DNA of 61,424 nucleotides, filler included, from 7 parts of 7 records of this genome joined end to end with filler, not necessarily neighbours in it, one strand, 5' to 3'; counted from the first letter of the whole stretch, positions 10,933-23,778 are shown. Notes: generated from the letters alone by a model not told the origin. Made by a program: numbers and translations.

Positions 10933-13900
10933 ATGAAGCGGAAGCAGGCGGCGCTGAGCACCGCACCGGTGGCCGGCATGTCCGACCGGCGGCTGCGTCG
11001 GGCCCTGGGCCAGTCCGAGTGGGTGCCCATAACAGTAGCGGTCAGCGGGGCCCGGGCCGGCGACCTGCTGGCCGGGATCCCCACCGCCAGCTCCGGCGAC
11101 GTGGCCTCGGTGCTGCTCCGTGTGCACGACGGAGTGGTGCACGCCCCTCCAGGGTATGCCGCCCGCCTCGAGCAGGAGCTCGGCAGGGAGCACATGGTCG
11201 GCGCGGTGGCCCGGCATCTCGGGCTGTCGCACGCGCAGGCCGCCCTTCGGTATGACGACATGCCCCGGCGGGCCGATGGCACCGGCTCCCGGCCACTCGG
11301 GTCGGGATGCCAACACTCGGTGCACGAGGGCTGCAGCTGCCCGCCCGAGGCCCGACTGGTGGTAGTCTCGCAGGGTGTGTGGCAGGGATTCGCGGAGCAG
11401 CACGGGCATGGGGCCGAGCTGCAGGAAATGGTGAGCGCGCAGCGGCCGGTGTGTTGGAGGGAGATCCTGCAGCTGATGCACACCCCGGGCCAGCTCGAGG
11501 GCAAGACCCTCATCCTTCGCCCAGCGCTGTTTGAGTTGGTGGCTGGCCCAGTGGAGATGGATCCTGAGGACCCGAAGCTGGCCGGCGAGACAGTGCTGGA
11601 TGCCACTGTGCTGGGTGGTGGGTCGGGAGCAAGGGTCGTTAGGTTGGACGAGCACTATGTTCGACTGCCAGCGTCCGGGCCCGATTTCTGTAAAGAGCAC
11701 GTGTGCAGTGCGGTGCAGCAGGCAGTGAACGGGGCATCGGCAGGCGCGGTCCAGGGCTGTGTCGCGGCACTCTCTGGTCTGAGCGGTGGGGCACTCAAGA
11801 GTCTGCTGCAGAAGGCTGTCAGGCTGCACGCGCGGCAGGTCGCGCTGCAGCAGTCGTCGGTTCCAGCCAGCCTGGTGGCCGCCGTAGCTGTAGCGCTGCT
11901 GTTTGCGGACAGAGGCAGCTTCAGCCCGGAGCTGCAGCTGTTCACTCGGGGAGGGACCGCTGCGTTCAAGCGGCTAGCGGTGATCATGATTGAGGATTCC
12001 TGGAGTAGCAGCCCAGGCACTGCACACAAGGTCCGGTGTGCAGCCAGGCACTGACTGACTGCCGAGTACAGGTGCTTGCGCTGGTTGCACTCGCCCTTGC
12101 AATGCAGCGCATGGCCGAATACAAGCCGGCCCGATCCGTGATTGTGGCGACTATTCAGTTGGCGGCAGAGGCTGCTGATTCTCCGTCATGTGTTGCCTGG
12201 AGGCTAGGTGACCGGTGCGACAGCCGCTATGCACTCGATCCCGCAGGACAAGAGTCGCTACGCCGGGCGGCGGCCTTGCTGCGACTGGTCCGATCTTTCA
12301 AGTGCGACTATGCGATGTTTGACGCGGCCGTGGCCGCTGGAGAATCTGGTTCGCTACCTCTCACCCAAGCTGGCTACAATCGGCCCGAGTGCATGCCGGT
12401 GTTTCACGCCGTTGACCAGCACGCTTTCCGCGGGATTGGCCATGCACTTCGAGGTCACGGCGGGTCGTTTCCGGAGCGATTCAAAACCATCTGGCGGTGC
12501 ACCGGCTTAAATCCCCGAAGGGAGTCTGTCAGTGGGTTTGAAGCCCGCCAGGAGGTCATTGCTGTGAGATTTGCACAGCAGTGCTGCTTTCGTTTCGCAC
12601 AGCGCCAGCAGCGGCGAGCGCTGACGAGTTGTGGTGTTGAGGCTATCAGTGTGCGGCTGGACTCGGGCGTACTGGCAGCTGGAGTGGGACCGATCAGCGC
12701 CAAGGTCGGCCCAGACAGATTCTTTGAAGGCTGACATGAGAGTCAGGTGAGGTCTTGCGGGCGTGTACGAGACGTGATCGTGCTTCTTGGTGTCGTAGTG
12801 CCTGAGGACGAGATGGTCATGCTGAGGCCGACAAGGGCGACACGAGACTTATTTGGCGAGCTGAGCATAGACGAACGAGCAGAGGCGATACGAGCTGCCA
12901 GAAGCAGCGCACACCCGGTTCAGTCCCCACTTCTTGGCGTTGGGAAGCACACAGCGGAGTTTGTCGACGGTCGCTGGCGCTTAGACGGCCGGTATCCCAC
13001 TGCGGTATATTCATCTTTGACCATGCTTGCCACAGGGCGTGGGCCGATGTCGTGGACAAAGGAAGATTGCTAGAAGTACCACTTGTGCGACCACCGCAAT
13101 GGGCAACCGCCTGCTTGAATGGCAGCTCAGGCGTCAAATGCGCGATCGCGGCAATGAACGAGCTGTGTGAGTCGTCAGTCAGTATTTCACAGCTGAAAGA
13201 GACACGCGCGGGCAAGGTAGTGGCTCGGGCGAAGCATAGCTTTCACAAGGAGCTGGCCAGCACAGCCTTGAACTTGGAGCAATGCTGGAGGCAGCGAGTA
13301 TCGGATGAATATGACGAGCATGGCGATGTCTGTGGCGACACAGACATTGAGTTGCAGCTGCGGCAGCTCGTTATTCTCTTAAAGCAAGTGACGGCTGAAG
13401 TTGAGCAGGATGTAGACTCGACCGCACTAGAGCAAGTAATCAACAACGATGATGCAATCGCTGAGGCACTCTCCATCGCGGCGGATGGACTGGTGCATGA
13501 GGCTCCGAAGCTCATACGAGCTCTTGTTTCGGCGGCTGACCCTGCAGTAGCATTAAGGGCAGTCTCGTTACTGCGGCAGGAATGGAGTAAGATAGCGATG
13601 CCAGTGCCCGGACTAGATGGAGGGCTGGGCGCCGATCAACTAGCTGCATACAATGGCGACTGGGACGTTTGGCGATTGCTTGTGCTTGTCTCAAGGCTTG
13701 CACCCGGAGCACTAGCTCCAGGCATGCCGCCCAACTTCACTGTAGTCAATGCATGCCTCCTGCGGGAAGTTGAGCATTGGGCAATACAAGGGGCGCGAGG
13801 TGCGGCTGCAAAAAGTGCTGTCGCACAATCGAATCAGTGGAAGGGCAACCCGGGCTGGAGGCACCTCTCAGGAGCGGGAAGCGAGGCTCTCATGGAGCAT

Positions 13901-15100
13901 CAGCAGGTGGCGGTGGCACGGATGCACGAGCGAGACAAACAGTCAGATATGGGACACTTCTTGATCATGGATACCGGACTTGGCAAAACGCTGACTTCGC
14001 TGGTGTATGCCTACCGCTGGCTATGCGAGCACCCCCACACGAAACGCATTCTGTGGGTGACACCAGCAGGCACGACAGAGAATCTAGTCAACCAGCTGCG
14101 GCAGACCTGGCAAGTGCCCGTGTGGCTTGTCCCACGGGTCTCAAAAGCTGCGAAGCCCAAACTGGGAGATTCACACGAGTTGATCCTCAAAGACCAGCAA
14201 GTTAATGTGATTCACGCCGACCACCTGCGTACGTCAATCGATAAGGGCCTTGCCTCAGCCGCTGCCAGGTCCTTCATCGTGTTCGACGAAGTAGACGAGC
14301 TCTACTCCCCGACACTGAGAACCTCCGCAGCTCGGCGGCTGGCTCAGCTTTGTCCAAAGTTTGTAGCCCAAACTGCGACTCCAATGAGAAAGAACGAATC
14401 GCAGCTCCGGACGTGGCTGGCTGACACCTGTTCATTTCCTGTAGACGCGTCCAATTTGCTTGTGGCCGCCAGCTCAATGGTCTCCATACAGCTCTCCCTC
14501 GGGATTAAGGCGCACGAAGAGCTGGTCCAGGTTCCAATGGTCGACGCCGTGAGATTCCAATGTCGGCAGCTGGCAGCTGAGAGATCTTGGTTGAGAATGT
14601 CGCAAGTGGTCCAGCAGAACACCGAATGCGCTCTCGTCGATGAAGCGATCCGCCGTGCCAATGCCGATCGTGCCCACCATCCAGATGGCGGCGTGTTACT
14701 CGTGGCTGATAATAAGGCGCATGCAGAACGGTTGATTGCGATGTGTGGCCGCCGTCTAAAAACAGGTGGATTTGACGCCCTCGAGGCTGAAGATACCAAC
14801 GAATATGCTATCATAGTCGTGACAAAGCAGTTAGACCGTGGATACAACTCGGCCACTCGGCTAGGCGTTATGGTTACTGGTGCTTATCCAGGCAATGGCG
14901 CGTCGCGACATCAGATCCGTGGTCGATTGCGGAGGATTGGTCAAAAGCGCAGTGATGTTTTCTTTGTCACGGTTGTGATGCGCAACTCAATTCTACAGCT
15001 TTTACACGAACGACATAGTGCTGTCGACAGCATGAACATAAGCTTGGAGCAACTCGGGATGACCTTTTCGGCTGATGTGCTGTCTCGGCTAGAGCAATAA
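10933..15100 (+). CDS. Large SF2 (SNF2/DExD-like) helicase with N-terminal RarA/MgsA-C-like segment and TFIIS-N-like insert
   Basis: Three short GT-AG introns (~12030, ~12705, ~12992) join four ORFs. Motifs MDTGLGKT, FIVFDEVD, QTATP, QIRGRLRRIGQ. N-terminal KSLLQKAVR..KRLAVIMIED. Confidence 0.75.
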
Positions 15101-15175
15101 AACTGGAGGAACTTGGGGATAAACTTTGGGGATAGTTATTCTTAAGATTACAATGTATTTCATTACCTAGGGTCA

Positions 15176-15956
15176 TTGTTCACTATCAGTGTCCAGGCTG
15201 AAAGTCAGCATGTGTGTGCAGGCCCCGTGATCTACGACAGCCTCCGAGACATCGCACCTGACAAGGCCTCAAGCCCTCTGATTGTAATAGGCGGCAATCA
15301 CAGTGGCGCCTCGAGCCCGGCGACCACCAACGTGCATCCCGAGTCCGACTGCTCAGCTGCGACCACCCCCAGCACGGTTCCTGTCCGCCTACACCTAACT
15401 GCGCTCCAGGCTCCCTAGACACACCGTCTGCGAACCGCAGGCATGCACACCGCCCGGCTTCCGCCACCGCCAGTTCCACCGCCGCGCTCAGCGGAGCCAC
15501 CTCCGACAGCGTCCGCAGTGCCACCTGGATCTGCCAGAGGCCAATACAACGGCGGCGGGTGCAGCTCAGTCACCGGCTCAGGGCACGCTCGGCGCAGGGC
15601 TTGGGTGATTTGCTGCTCTAGTTGCGCCTCGCTGCACCAGATTCGCCCAGCCCAGTGCCGGGGCAGTCGCCTCTGCTGGAAGCAGATTTTGGTCCTGGAT
15701 GGGACAGCGCAGGTCCGCCCAGTCAGCCAACCGGCCACGGCCACCACCGCGGCCTCAAGGCTTCCCCTGCGCTGCAATGAGGCTCTCCCGCTGGCGCGCC
15801 GCACCGGTCGGCCGCCTGGAGGCAGCGCTCCCAGAACCCGGGGTTCATCCGCCGGTGGGGCAGCGCCAGCGGCTGCGGGGGCGCCGGCTCGACCGGGACG
15901 GGCTCCTGGGGCGCCGACCTCTCGGCCGCCCAGGTGAGCCAAGCCGGCGCAATCAT
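15176..15956 (-). CDS. Small multi-exon hypothetical protein
   Basis: ATG at 15956, divergent from the CIP2A-like gene. Coding-like pieces are separated by short introns; boundaries are uncertain. Confidence 0.35.
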
Positions 15957-16024
15957 CGCCAGGTGTGCTGCAGCGCGTCCGTTAAAAAAAAGCCAGAGAA
16001 GGGAGAGGAGAGCCACAGCGCGTC

Positions 16025-19000
16025 ATGCTGGCCGGGCCAGGGCACGCGCCGGATCCGCGGCTGGTAGCCGACACGCTGCTCCAGGCACGGCCTCTGTCTG
16101 CTGCGGGCCAGCCCCGGCCAGGCGCTGCAGCCTGGGAAGGCCCCGGATCCATCAACCGACAAAGCACTGGGGGTGCGGCACCGTTTAGCCGCCTGCGGGC
16201 AGACCGGGCTGGCGCAGGCGCTGTGCACGCTGGTGGCCAGCTCAGATCAGCTGGCCGGGCTGGTGGCTGGGCGGCTGACCGATGCGCAGCTGGATTGGCT
16301 GGTGGAGGCCAACCAAGGCAGGCCGGCGGCACTCGAACTGCTGCACGTGCTGGCTGGGGCGAGCCGGCACCCTGGAATGCTCCGGCTGGCCTGCGTGGTG
16401 CTCGACCGCGTGGTAGAGGAGGTGCCCGGCCTGCTCCCGGTCCGGCGACCGTGGGCAGGCGGAGGGGGCCGAGGCACAGCTGCCTGCGCTGTCGTGCTTG
16501 CTGCGGGCTGCGGACTGGATTCGGCGGGAGATCAAAGGGCATAAGATGATCCGCGGCTTCTACCGCGTGCTGATCCACCTGCTCTGCGCCGAACAGGCAG
16601 CGGCCGGCTTGGGGACCGGCGAGCCGGTGGCAGGTCGATCAGATCTCGCATGCACTGTCGATACTTAGCGCGATGGCGCATCACGACCAGCCGATCCGGG
16701 ACAAGCTGTTCTCGGCGGCCAACCTGATGCAGAGCTTCGAGCTGCTGGCCAACCTGGCCGCCAACTGCAGCTCTGGCCCGGCCCGCGCGGCGCTGGTCGA
16801 TACAGTCGGGTTTTTGCTCTCAGATCCTTCGATGGCGCAGGCACCGGCTGGCTGGGGCGTCTGACCGGCCGACAGGAGCTGGAGGAGAACGACGCGGTGA
16901 AGCCGAGTCTGGACCGGCTGCTGGCGCTGCTGACTACTCCTGCCACGCCGCACACTGCCGGTGTGCAGCCCACGCCGAAGCTGTGTCGACAGTGCCGGGC
17001 AGGTGGGGTGCAGCTGCTGGCTTCGCTGGCTCGGCACTCGGAACGATTGCGGGTCCGGATTGGTGAGTCGCTGGCCGACGATGCGGTGCAGTGCCTGCTC
17101 AGTCTGGTGCTGACTGCGGCAATCCCGAGCGAAGCGTGCGCTGCAGCCGAGCTGCTTGGGCAGTGTTGTTCTGTCGAGGCTGTTGCCGAGATGGTGGCCC
17201 GCGCAGGCAGCCCGCTGGCGATGGTGCTCGACGGTGTGCCAGTAGCCGGGCCCGAGCTGACGCGGCCGGGCAGCTGCGCTCCAGGCAGGGATGGAGCTGA
17301 GGGGCGCAGCAAGTTACAGCCCTACAGCAGTCTCTGCCAGCGCTGTGCTGCTGCAGCTGGTGAACACGGAAGCTCCCATCAAGCTTAAGAAGGCGGTCGG
17401 CACGGTTATCGTCCAGAGTCCGCAGGCAGAGCAGCACCTGCAGCGGCTGTTCGAACAAGCAGCTGAGCCAGGCTCACCAGAGCTGGTGCTTGCAGTAGCA
17501 CTCGACACTGTCTTGCTGTCAATCGAGGCCGAACAAGCCCCCGGCTGCATCACAGGCGCATGCGACCGGCACGCTGTCAATTGAGCGGCTGCCAGGGGAG
17601 AGTTGCGCGGCTCTGGTGGCGGCTGTGCTTTCGCGTGGGTCGGCGAACGACGCAGTTCAGAAGGCCCTGTTGCTGTCGAGCAAGTTGGACCAGGGCTTGG
17701 TCGCCTCTGCTGTGGTGCAGGTGAACCCGTCCGAGGCCTTGCCGAGGCTGACCGGCCTGGGCTAGCCTCGAGGCGTCGAGAGGCCGGCCGTAACTGAGCG
17801 GGTACCGCTCTCACCTCCGGTTGGGCCACCACTCGCAAGGGAACTCCGGGCTCCCAAATTGGAAGCTAGCTCGGCCCGGGAGCTGGAGCCAGCCGGTGGC
17901 CCGCCGCTGCTGCCGGTGGAGGTCAAGCTGGCCGAGGAGGCGCTGGAGAGGGAGCACTTGCTCGAGGCACAGGTGGCCAAGCTGAGGCAACAAGTCGACT
18001 CGCTCCAGGTTGGGCTGGTGCGGATGGCCTGAGCGCGGGGCAGCGGCGGCTGGATCGGGTGCCTGAGACATTCACACCGCGCAAACCGGCTATGTTTGAA
18101 CTGCCGAATGAGGCTGAGGCTGAGGTGAAGCGATTGAGCAGATTGCTGGAAGAGAGGGAGTCGGAGCTGGATGAGTCGTACAAGAAGCTGCTGGTGGTGT
18201 GCAGGGTGTGGCTTAGGATCATCTGGCCAGCGCGAGCCAGGCTGCAGGCGTATGCCAGCGGCGCCGATGAGCTGGAGAAGGCGGAGGCTGTGAATAAGAA
18301 GCTGCTCGAGCACGTGGGTGCGGGTTGAGGATGGTGCTGCAGCTGGGGCAGGTCGAGCAGCTCGAGTCAGAGCTCAAGCAGAGCCGGACGCTCAGGGTGC
18401 TGCACCGGGGCTGCAACAGGTGCTCACCTGGGGCCAGGAGAGCGTGAGCGAGCTGGAGTGTACCTTGGCGGATCAGTGCGCGGCGACAGAGACAGCGCAC
18501 CAGGGCCGCAGCACCGCAGAGGCAACATGCAGCCGCGGAGACGGCTGACGAGCGTGGGCCACAGGACGCCAAGCGGCAGATCCATGCGGCGATGCGGGTG
18601 CTAGTGGAGGACAACACGCAGCTCCGGCGAGAACTAGAGCAGGCCAATAGCAAGGTCGGCCCACCTGTGGGCTCGGAATCAGGAGCTCGGACCACAGGTT
18701 GATGAACTCTCAAAGGACTTTGAGAACTGCCAGCAGGCACTAGTCATGTGCCGGGACGAGCTGCACGTCTCAAAGCGTGCCTAATCCTCCCCGTGGCGAG
18801 CCCCAGCTGTGCTCCGTGCAGATGACTGCAACGAATTGTATGGCCGAGCGCAGCAAGCTGAGGCTGAGGTTGCCAATAATCGCAGCATGCTCCGCAAGAC
18901 CTCCGAGTTCACGGCTTTGATACACTCAATGTCTGGTAGCGGCGAGCATTTGCTGTGTCGCCTGAGTGGGTCGGTGCAGGGAGTGTTCTAGGCGGCGCGG

Positions 19001-19116
19001 AGGTGAGCGTGCGGACAGATAACAATAGCAGTGTGAGCCAACTGGGGAGCTCGAGCCTGCCTCCCTACCATGGACAAATGCATCGGCCACCGCCGCCACA
19101 CTTGGGGCAGTTCTAA
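16025..19116 (+). CDS. CIP2A: CIP2A-like ARM-repeat + coiled-coil protein (many introns; 3' end uncertain)
   Basis: Spliced text IRGFYRVLIHLL..HALSILSAMAHHDQPIRDKLFSAANLMQSFELLANL..LLSDPSMAQ|ELEE..SLDRLLALL parallels the CIP2A N-terminal domain. The coiled coil ends in FTALIHSMSG, like the CIP2A C-terminal IAMIHSLSG. Confidence 0.7.
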
Positions 19117-19552
19117 ACCAACTTAAGTCACACAACTAATTGCCCACGCTGTCGAGCTTTGCTCGCGCGTATGGCAACTTTAAAACATGCTGTAGACATA
19201 CTCGTACTGAGACAACTGTTTGTTCAGTCCAGTTTGCAAGCACGATTGTGAATGAACCGAATATAACGTTACCGAATCACTGCCGTAATGTTGATTTAGT
19301 ACTGATTACATGACTGATTCAGTGTACATGTACCGTAAGTATTGAAGGTATACCCAGCGAAAGCAGTTATCCTAGCAGTTATCCTGAATATCCTCAACAA
19401 AAGTGAAAAACACGCACTTCCGAGAAAAAACACGCGCTTTCGTGGCCAAGCATTTAGCCCTACGATACGGTGCCAGAACAGGCATGCTTCCTTGCAAATT
19501 CGTCAGTTTATAACACTATAGATACCATCAATCATGGAGCAACAAGTAACGA

Positions 19553-20023
<471 letters not shown>

Positions 20024-20123
20024 NNNNNNNNNNNNNNNNNNNNNNNNNNNNNNNNNNNNNNNNNNNNTTAATTAATTAANNNNNNNNNNNNNNNNNNNNN
20101 NNNNNNNNNNNNNNNNNNNNNNN
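20024..20123. other. Artificial contig-joining linker
   Basis: N-run + TTAATTAATTAA + N-run. Confidence 0.98.
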
Positions 20124-20780
20124 CACGAGGGAATAGAGGGTTGTAGGCGCTACTGGAATCGTGCCACTCAGCTGTTGCCCATAGGCCACAAAGGTGTGGA
20201 TTTCGTCTGGGAATTTCGGGATCGTTCCGGAGAGTGAGTTTCTGTGCAGATATACATCGGCCAGAACGTTGATGTCGCTAAACGCTGAGGGAATCGTGCC
20301 GCTCAATGCGTTATTGTTCAGGAACAGCTTGCGCTTGCCCACTCCGACATCCGGAGTCGAGTACTGCGATGTAAACGTCTCGGACGGCAGAGTCCCGGAG
20401 ATCGAGTTCTTGGAGAGGCCAATCGCGACGACCTCGTTCGTGTTTGCGCTGACAAAGAAATCGGCCGGAAGGTTTCCAGATAGGTTGTTGCTTGTCAGAA
20501 CCACCACCGTGCATGTAGAGAAAGGACACGCGGGATAGGTAAAGCCATCAGTGTCAAATGCCGTGCCCTCCGCAAAGCAATAAATGCCGTGCCACCCGCT
20601 GCACGGGTTTCCAGTCGGCCATCCCGTGTTTACCAGCCAGCTCGGTCCATCGGTGGCGTCATAGAGCGAGACCAGCCCCGCGACCAAATCGGTTGAGAGT
20701 GTACAGGTGGTGCAGAACGACGCGAGGCACTGTTCGAGCAGCCAGCCCAGTACCAGCAGCCGGGCCAGGACCTGCGGCAT
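20124..20780 (-). CDS. Secreted or surface leucine-rich repeat protein (3' truncated)
   Basis: Signal peptide; LRR N-cap LYDATDGPSW..NPCSGWHGIYC; plant-like LRRs LxxNxLSGTIP. Confidence 0.85.
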
Positions 20781-20986
20781 GACAGACCGCCCCGTCCGCC
20801 GCGGTGTGCAGACCTCGCCGGGCCCACCCCCCACCAGTGCCGGGGCGCGCTTGGCCATGCTCACTCGATTTGAGAACACAACGTCTACCTTGTTACCCTA
20901 TTCTCATCTACTATTAGACTATATATTACTAATCTATCCAGCTGGGGGTAACAGGCTCTCCAATCCGTTGCACGCGGCTTCTGTGG

Positions 20987-22219
20987 ATGGGTGCTCTCGC
21001 GTCCCTCCTCTGGCTGGCAGCAGTGTCCAGCCAGTCTCCACCCGGGTACGAGCCGATCCCGGAGCTATCAGACGAGTTCGCCGGCAGCCTGCTCGACCCG
21101 GCCAAGTGGAGCACCGCCCGCGCCGTGCTCGGCTGGCCTGGTCGGCAGCCGGGGCTATTCGACCCGGCCAACGTGGTGGTGGCCAACGGCTCTCTCCAGC
21201 TCTGGGCCAGATCGGCCCGGAGGGATAGCAGCTGGCCGGCGGGGTTTGATAACTACACCACCGCGGCAGTCCGGTCGCTGCACAGCGTGCGGGAGGGCTA
21301 CTTTCAGATTCGGTGGCGGAGCGGCTCGAGCGGCATCTCAAGCTCCTGGTGGTTTCACGCCAACAACGGCAGCGCATGGACTGAGATAGACGTTTTTGAG
21401 ACCACCGGCCGTACGCACGTGCCGCCGGGGGAGGACCCCGGCGACCCTGAGAGATGTGGCAACACGCCGCTCGGATCCTGCCGCACCGGCTGCCCTGCCA
21501 ACAGGAGCGGCACTTGCGGGCCGGAGAGGCGACCGTTTGCTCCGGACGGGCCTAGCTGCAACCTGTGCCAGTGCAACGTGCACAATACGCCGTGCAGCCG
21601 TGGCGGGGCGAAGGACACGGACCTGCCCAGCCATGTCCACGTGTTCAAGCTCCCACGGACCACCGTCGATGAGCTCCCGGCCAAGTGCGGGTGCAAAGAG
21701 GCCCGCCCAGGCCAGGCGCCGTGCAGCAAGCCGGCCTCGTTCTCGGGTGCGAGTGCCTGGCGTGACGGATTCCACATTGCAGCTATGAACTGGACAACAG
21801 ACAGCTCGGGTGTCTCGCTGATCCAAGTGGCGATCGACGGGCAGCTGGTCAACTCGATCCGGTCGCCGTGTCTGGTCCAGGAGGTCGGGATGGATTTTGA
21901 CCGGGAGACGATGCCTGGATGGATGTCGCTGCCCCCCCCGGCCAGCCTGCCCGATCAACCGTTCGAGGTAGATTGGGTCCGCTCCTGGCGGCGGGCCGCT
22001 TCGTCCGGTGCAGAGGACAGGATGAACAGTCGACGCGTCGAGGTGAGCAAAATAGCGAATGAGGCATGCCAGGCCAATCTGTGCCACCGGTGCGTCTTGA
22101 ATGGCACCGAGCCCGCCGGGAACTGCTGCCTGTCGAGCTGGCGCTGCGTGTACGACTCAGTGTTTGAGTACAATGTGTGTAAGCCGCCTAAGGAGTGGTT
22201 GTGTGGCACGGCGGCTTAA
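20987..22219 (+). CDS. Secreted glycoside hydrolase family 16 with Cys-rich insertions
   Basis: Signal peptide; LSDEFAGSLLDPAKW; catalytic WTEIDVFE; FHIAAMNWT; FEVDWVRSW; intronless. Confidence 0.85.
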   Translation: MGALASLLWLAAVSSQSPPGYEPIPELSDEFAGSLLDPAKWSTARAVLGWPGRQPGLFDPANVVVANGSLQLWARSARRDSSWPAGFDNYTTAAVRSLHSVREGYFQIRWRSGSSGISSSWWFHANNGSAWTEIDVFETTGRTHVPPGEDPGDPERCGNTPLGSCRTGCPANRSGTCGPERRPFAPDGPSCNLCQCNVHNTPCSRGGAKDTDLPSHVHVFKLPRTTVDELPAKCGCKEARPGQAPCSKPASFSGASAWRDGFHIAAMNWTTDSSGVSLIQVAIDGQLVNSIRSPCLVQEVGMDFDRETMPGWMSLPPPASLPDQPFEVDWVRSWRRAASSGAEDRMNSRRVEVSKIANEACQANLCHRCVLNGTEPAGNCCLSSWRCVYDSVFEYNVCKPPKEWLCGTAA

Positions 22220-22481
22220 ACGTGATATTATGGGTTGACGGTCCCCGTTTTCATGCCGTTTTCATGCCGTTTTGGCCCCGTGATGAGCCGACTTGTGACT
22301 AATAACTCGACAATGATATCAACTAACCCGCCCTCATGATGTTTTGGCCGGCCCATCTGCCGGCCCCAGTCTTTTCCTCCGTTTCCTCTTTCGCCAGCGC
22401 CGGCATTTGCGGCATCTCGAAACTCGGCAAGCGCGTCGGCAAACACACACGGTGCTCATACCGTTCAATGGTGATGCAAAG

Positions 22482-23778
22482 ATGAACGAGGATAGCCAGC
22501 GGCCGCTGATCGCGACGATGGACGAGGAGCAGGGGCTGGCCCAGCTGATCGCGCTCCACCCGATGGTCGACCCAGCCCAGGCGCTGGCCGGCCCGGCCGG
22601 TGGCGAGCGGCCGGCAGGTGATTCAAGTGGTCCAGATCTGCGACGGGGACCTGGCGCTGGCCAACGAGATCCTCGAAGACCAGCCTCAGCTGCACCGCCA
22701 GTCAACTAACCCCCGGCCGGAGCCCAACTACTCGCTGATCTTCCCGTCGTGTTCCGAGACGGTCCAGGGCGCGCTGGCCGAGCTCAAGCACGGCAAGGCC
22801 GCCTGCGCCAACGACGCCCAGCTGTACGACCGACCGGCCCAGCTGTACGACCAGCCGGCCGAGCCCGGGCTGCGCGCCAGGCGGCGGGAGGAGCTGGACC
22901 GGCTGGCGCAGGTGCTGGGCGAGATCGTTGAGCTGGCAGAGCAGGGAGCCGCCCAGGCCGTCCAGAGCCAGCGCGAGCAGGCCGACCGGCTGGCCCCTGG
23001 GTTCGCCCGGGCGTGTCCCGACCAGCTGCTCGTGCAGATCAGTGCCCGGCAGGCCGGCCGGGGGTACATTCCAATCCTGCTCGACAAGCCCGCGCTCGAA
23101 CAGTTGAATGGTTCGGCTCTCCCGTTCCTGCTAGGCGAGGCGCTTCCGCCGATAAAGATGGCCGGGATGGATAGCCGGATGGACTCTGCGCTGGGCGAGT
23201 TGCAGATCAAGAGCGGGGATCTCGAGTTCGAGCTGGTGTACGACCCTTCGAACGGGTTAGTGAAGCTAGAGCCCGGACCGGATGGGATTGTTCTCACACT
23301 CTCCGGGTTTGGGGTGCACTTGCTCGAGTGCGACATAAGCTGGGAGCGGACCAAGAGCCCCCGACTGGCCAGCTCGGGCACGCTGGAGGCTCGGCTGATT
23401 GACTGTGAGCTGCGGCTGCTGGTCTCGGCCTCCGAGGTTGAGCACCATATGGACTTGTCCCGGGTGCTCTCTTCTAGCAGCCAGCCCGACAGGCGCCCCG
23501 CACCCGGCCAGAGCGTCAGCTTCACGGTGAGGGAGCTCAGCCTGGAGCCGCAGAGAGTGGAGATCTCGCGGCTTCTAGTGACGGTCAGGGGGAGCTGGCT
23601 GGCGGTAGCTTATAATTGGATATTCCAAGCTATCAAAGGGCAGCTGTTGCTGAATCTAAAGGAGCTGGCTACAGAGGGGCTTAAGGATCTGGGGCCCAAG
23701 ATCGGGGCGGGTGCCGAGTGGATACCCGTGTGCGTGCTTGCCATACTCCAAGCCGAAAAGGATAAACCAACACGATAA
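22482..23778 (+). CDS. CUE/UBA-like domain + BPI/TULIP-like (HAM1-C-like) lipid-binding domain protein
   Basis: LAQLIALHPMVDPAQ|VIQVVQICDGDLALANEIL after removing GC-AG intron 22581-22617. C-terminal beta-rich LPPIK..SWERTKSPRLASSGTLEA..VEISRLLVTVRGSWLAVAYNWIF. Confidence 0.55.

Noticed and set aside
10234-11829. Long antisense and alternate-frame ORFs (also 3855-5081, 21338-22087, 41916-43091, 60320-61252)
   Set aside because: These are shadow ORFs expected at very high GC, lying opposite well-supported genes and lacking recognisable motifs.
16500-16900. Frameshifting, pseudogenisation or an alternative genetic code to explain broken ORFs
   Set aside because: Short GT/GC-AG introns restore conserved frames, and TAA, TAG and TGA all serve as normal stops.
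19117-19552. Longer intergenic spacers (also 39000-39410, 58100-58470) as possible ncRNA, tRNA or CRISPR loci
   Set aside because: I could not recognise a cloverleaf, an snRNA motif or a regular repeat-spacer pattern. An Infernal/Rfam scan would be needed to exclude small RNAs.
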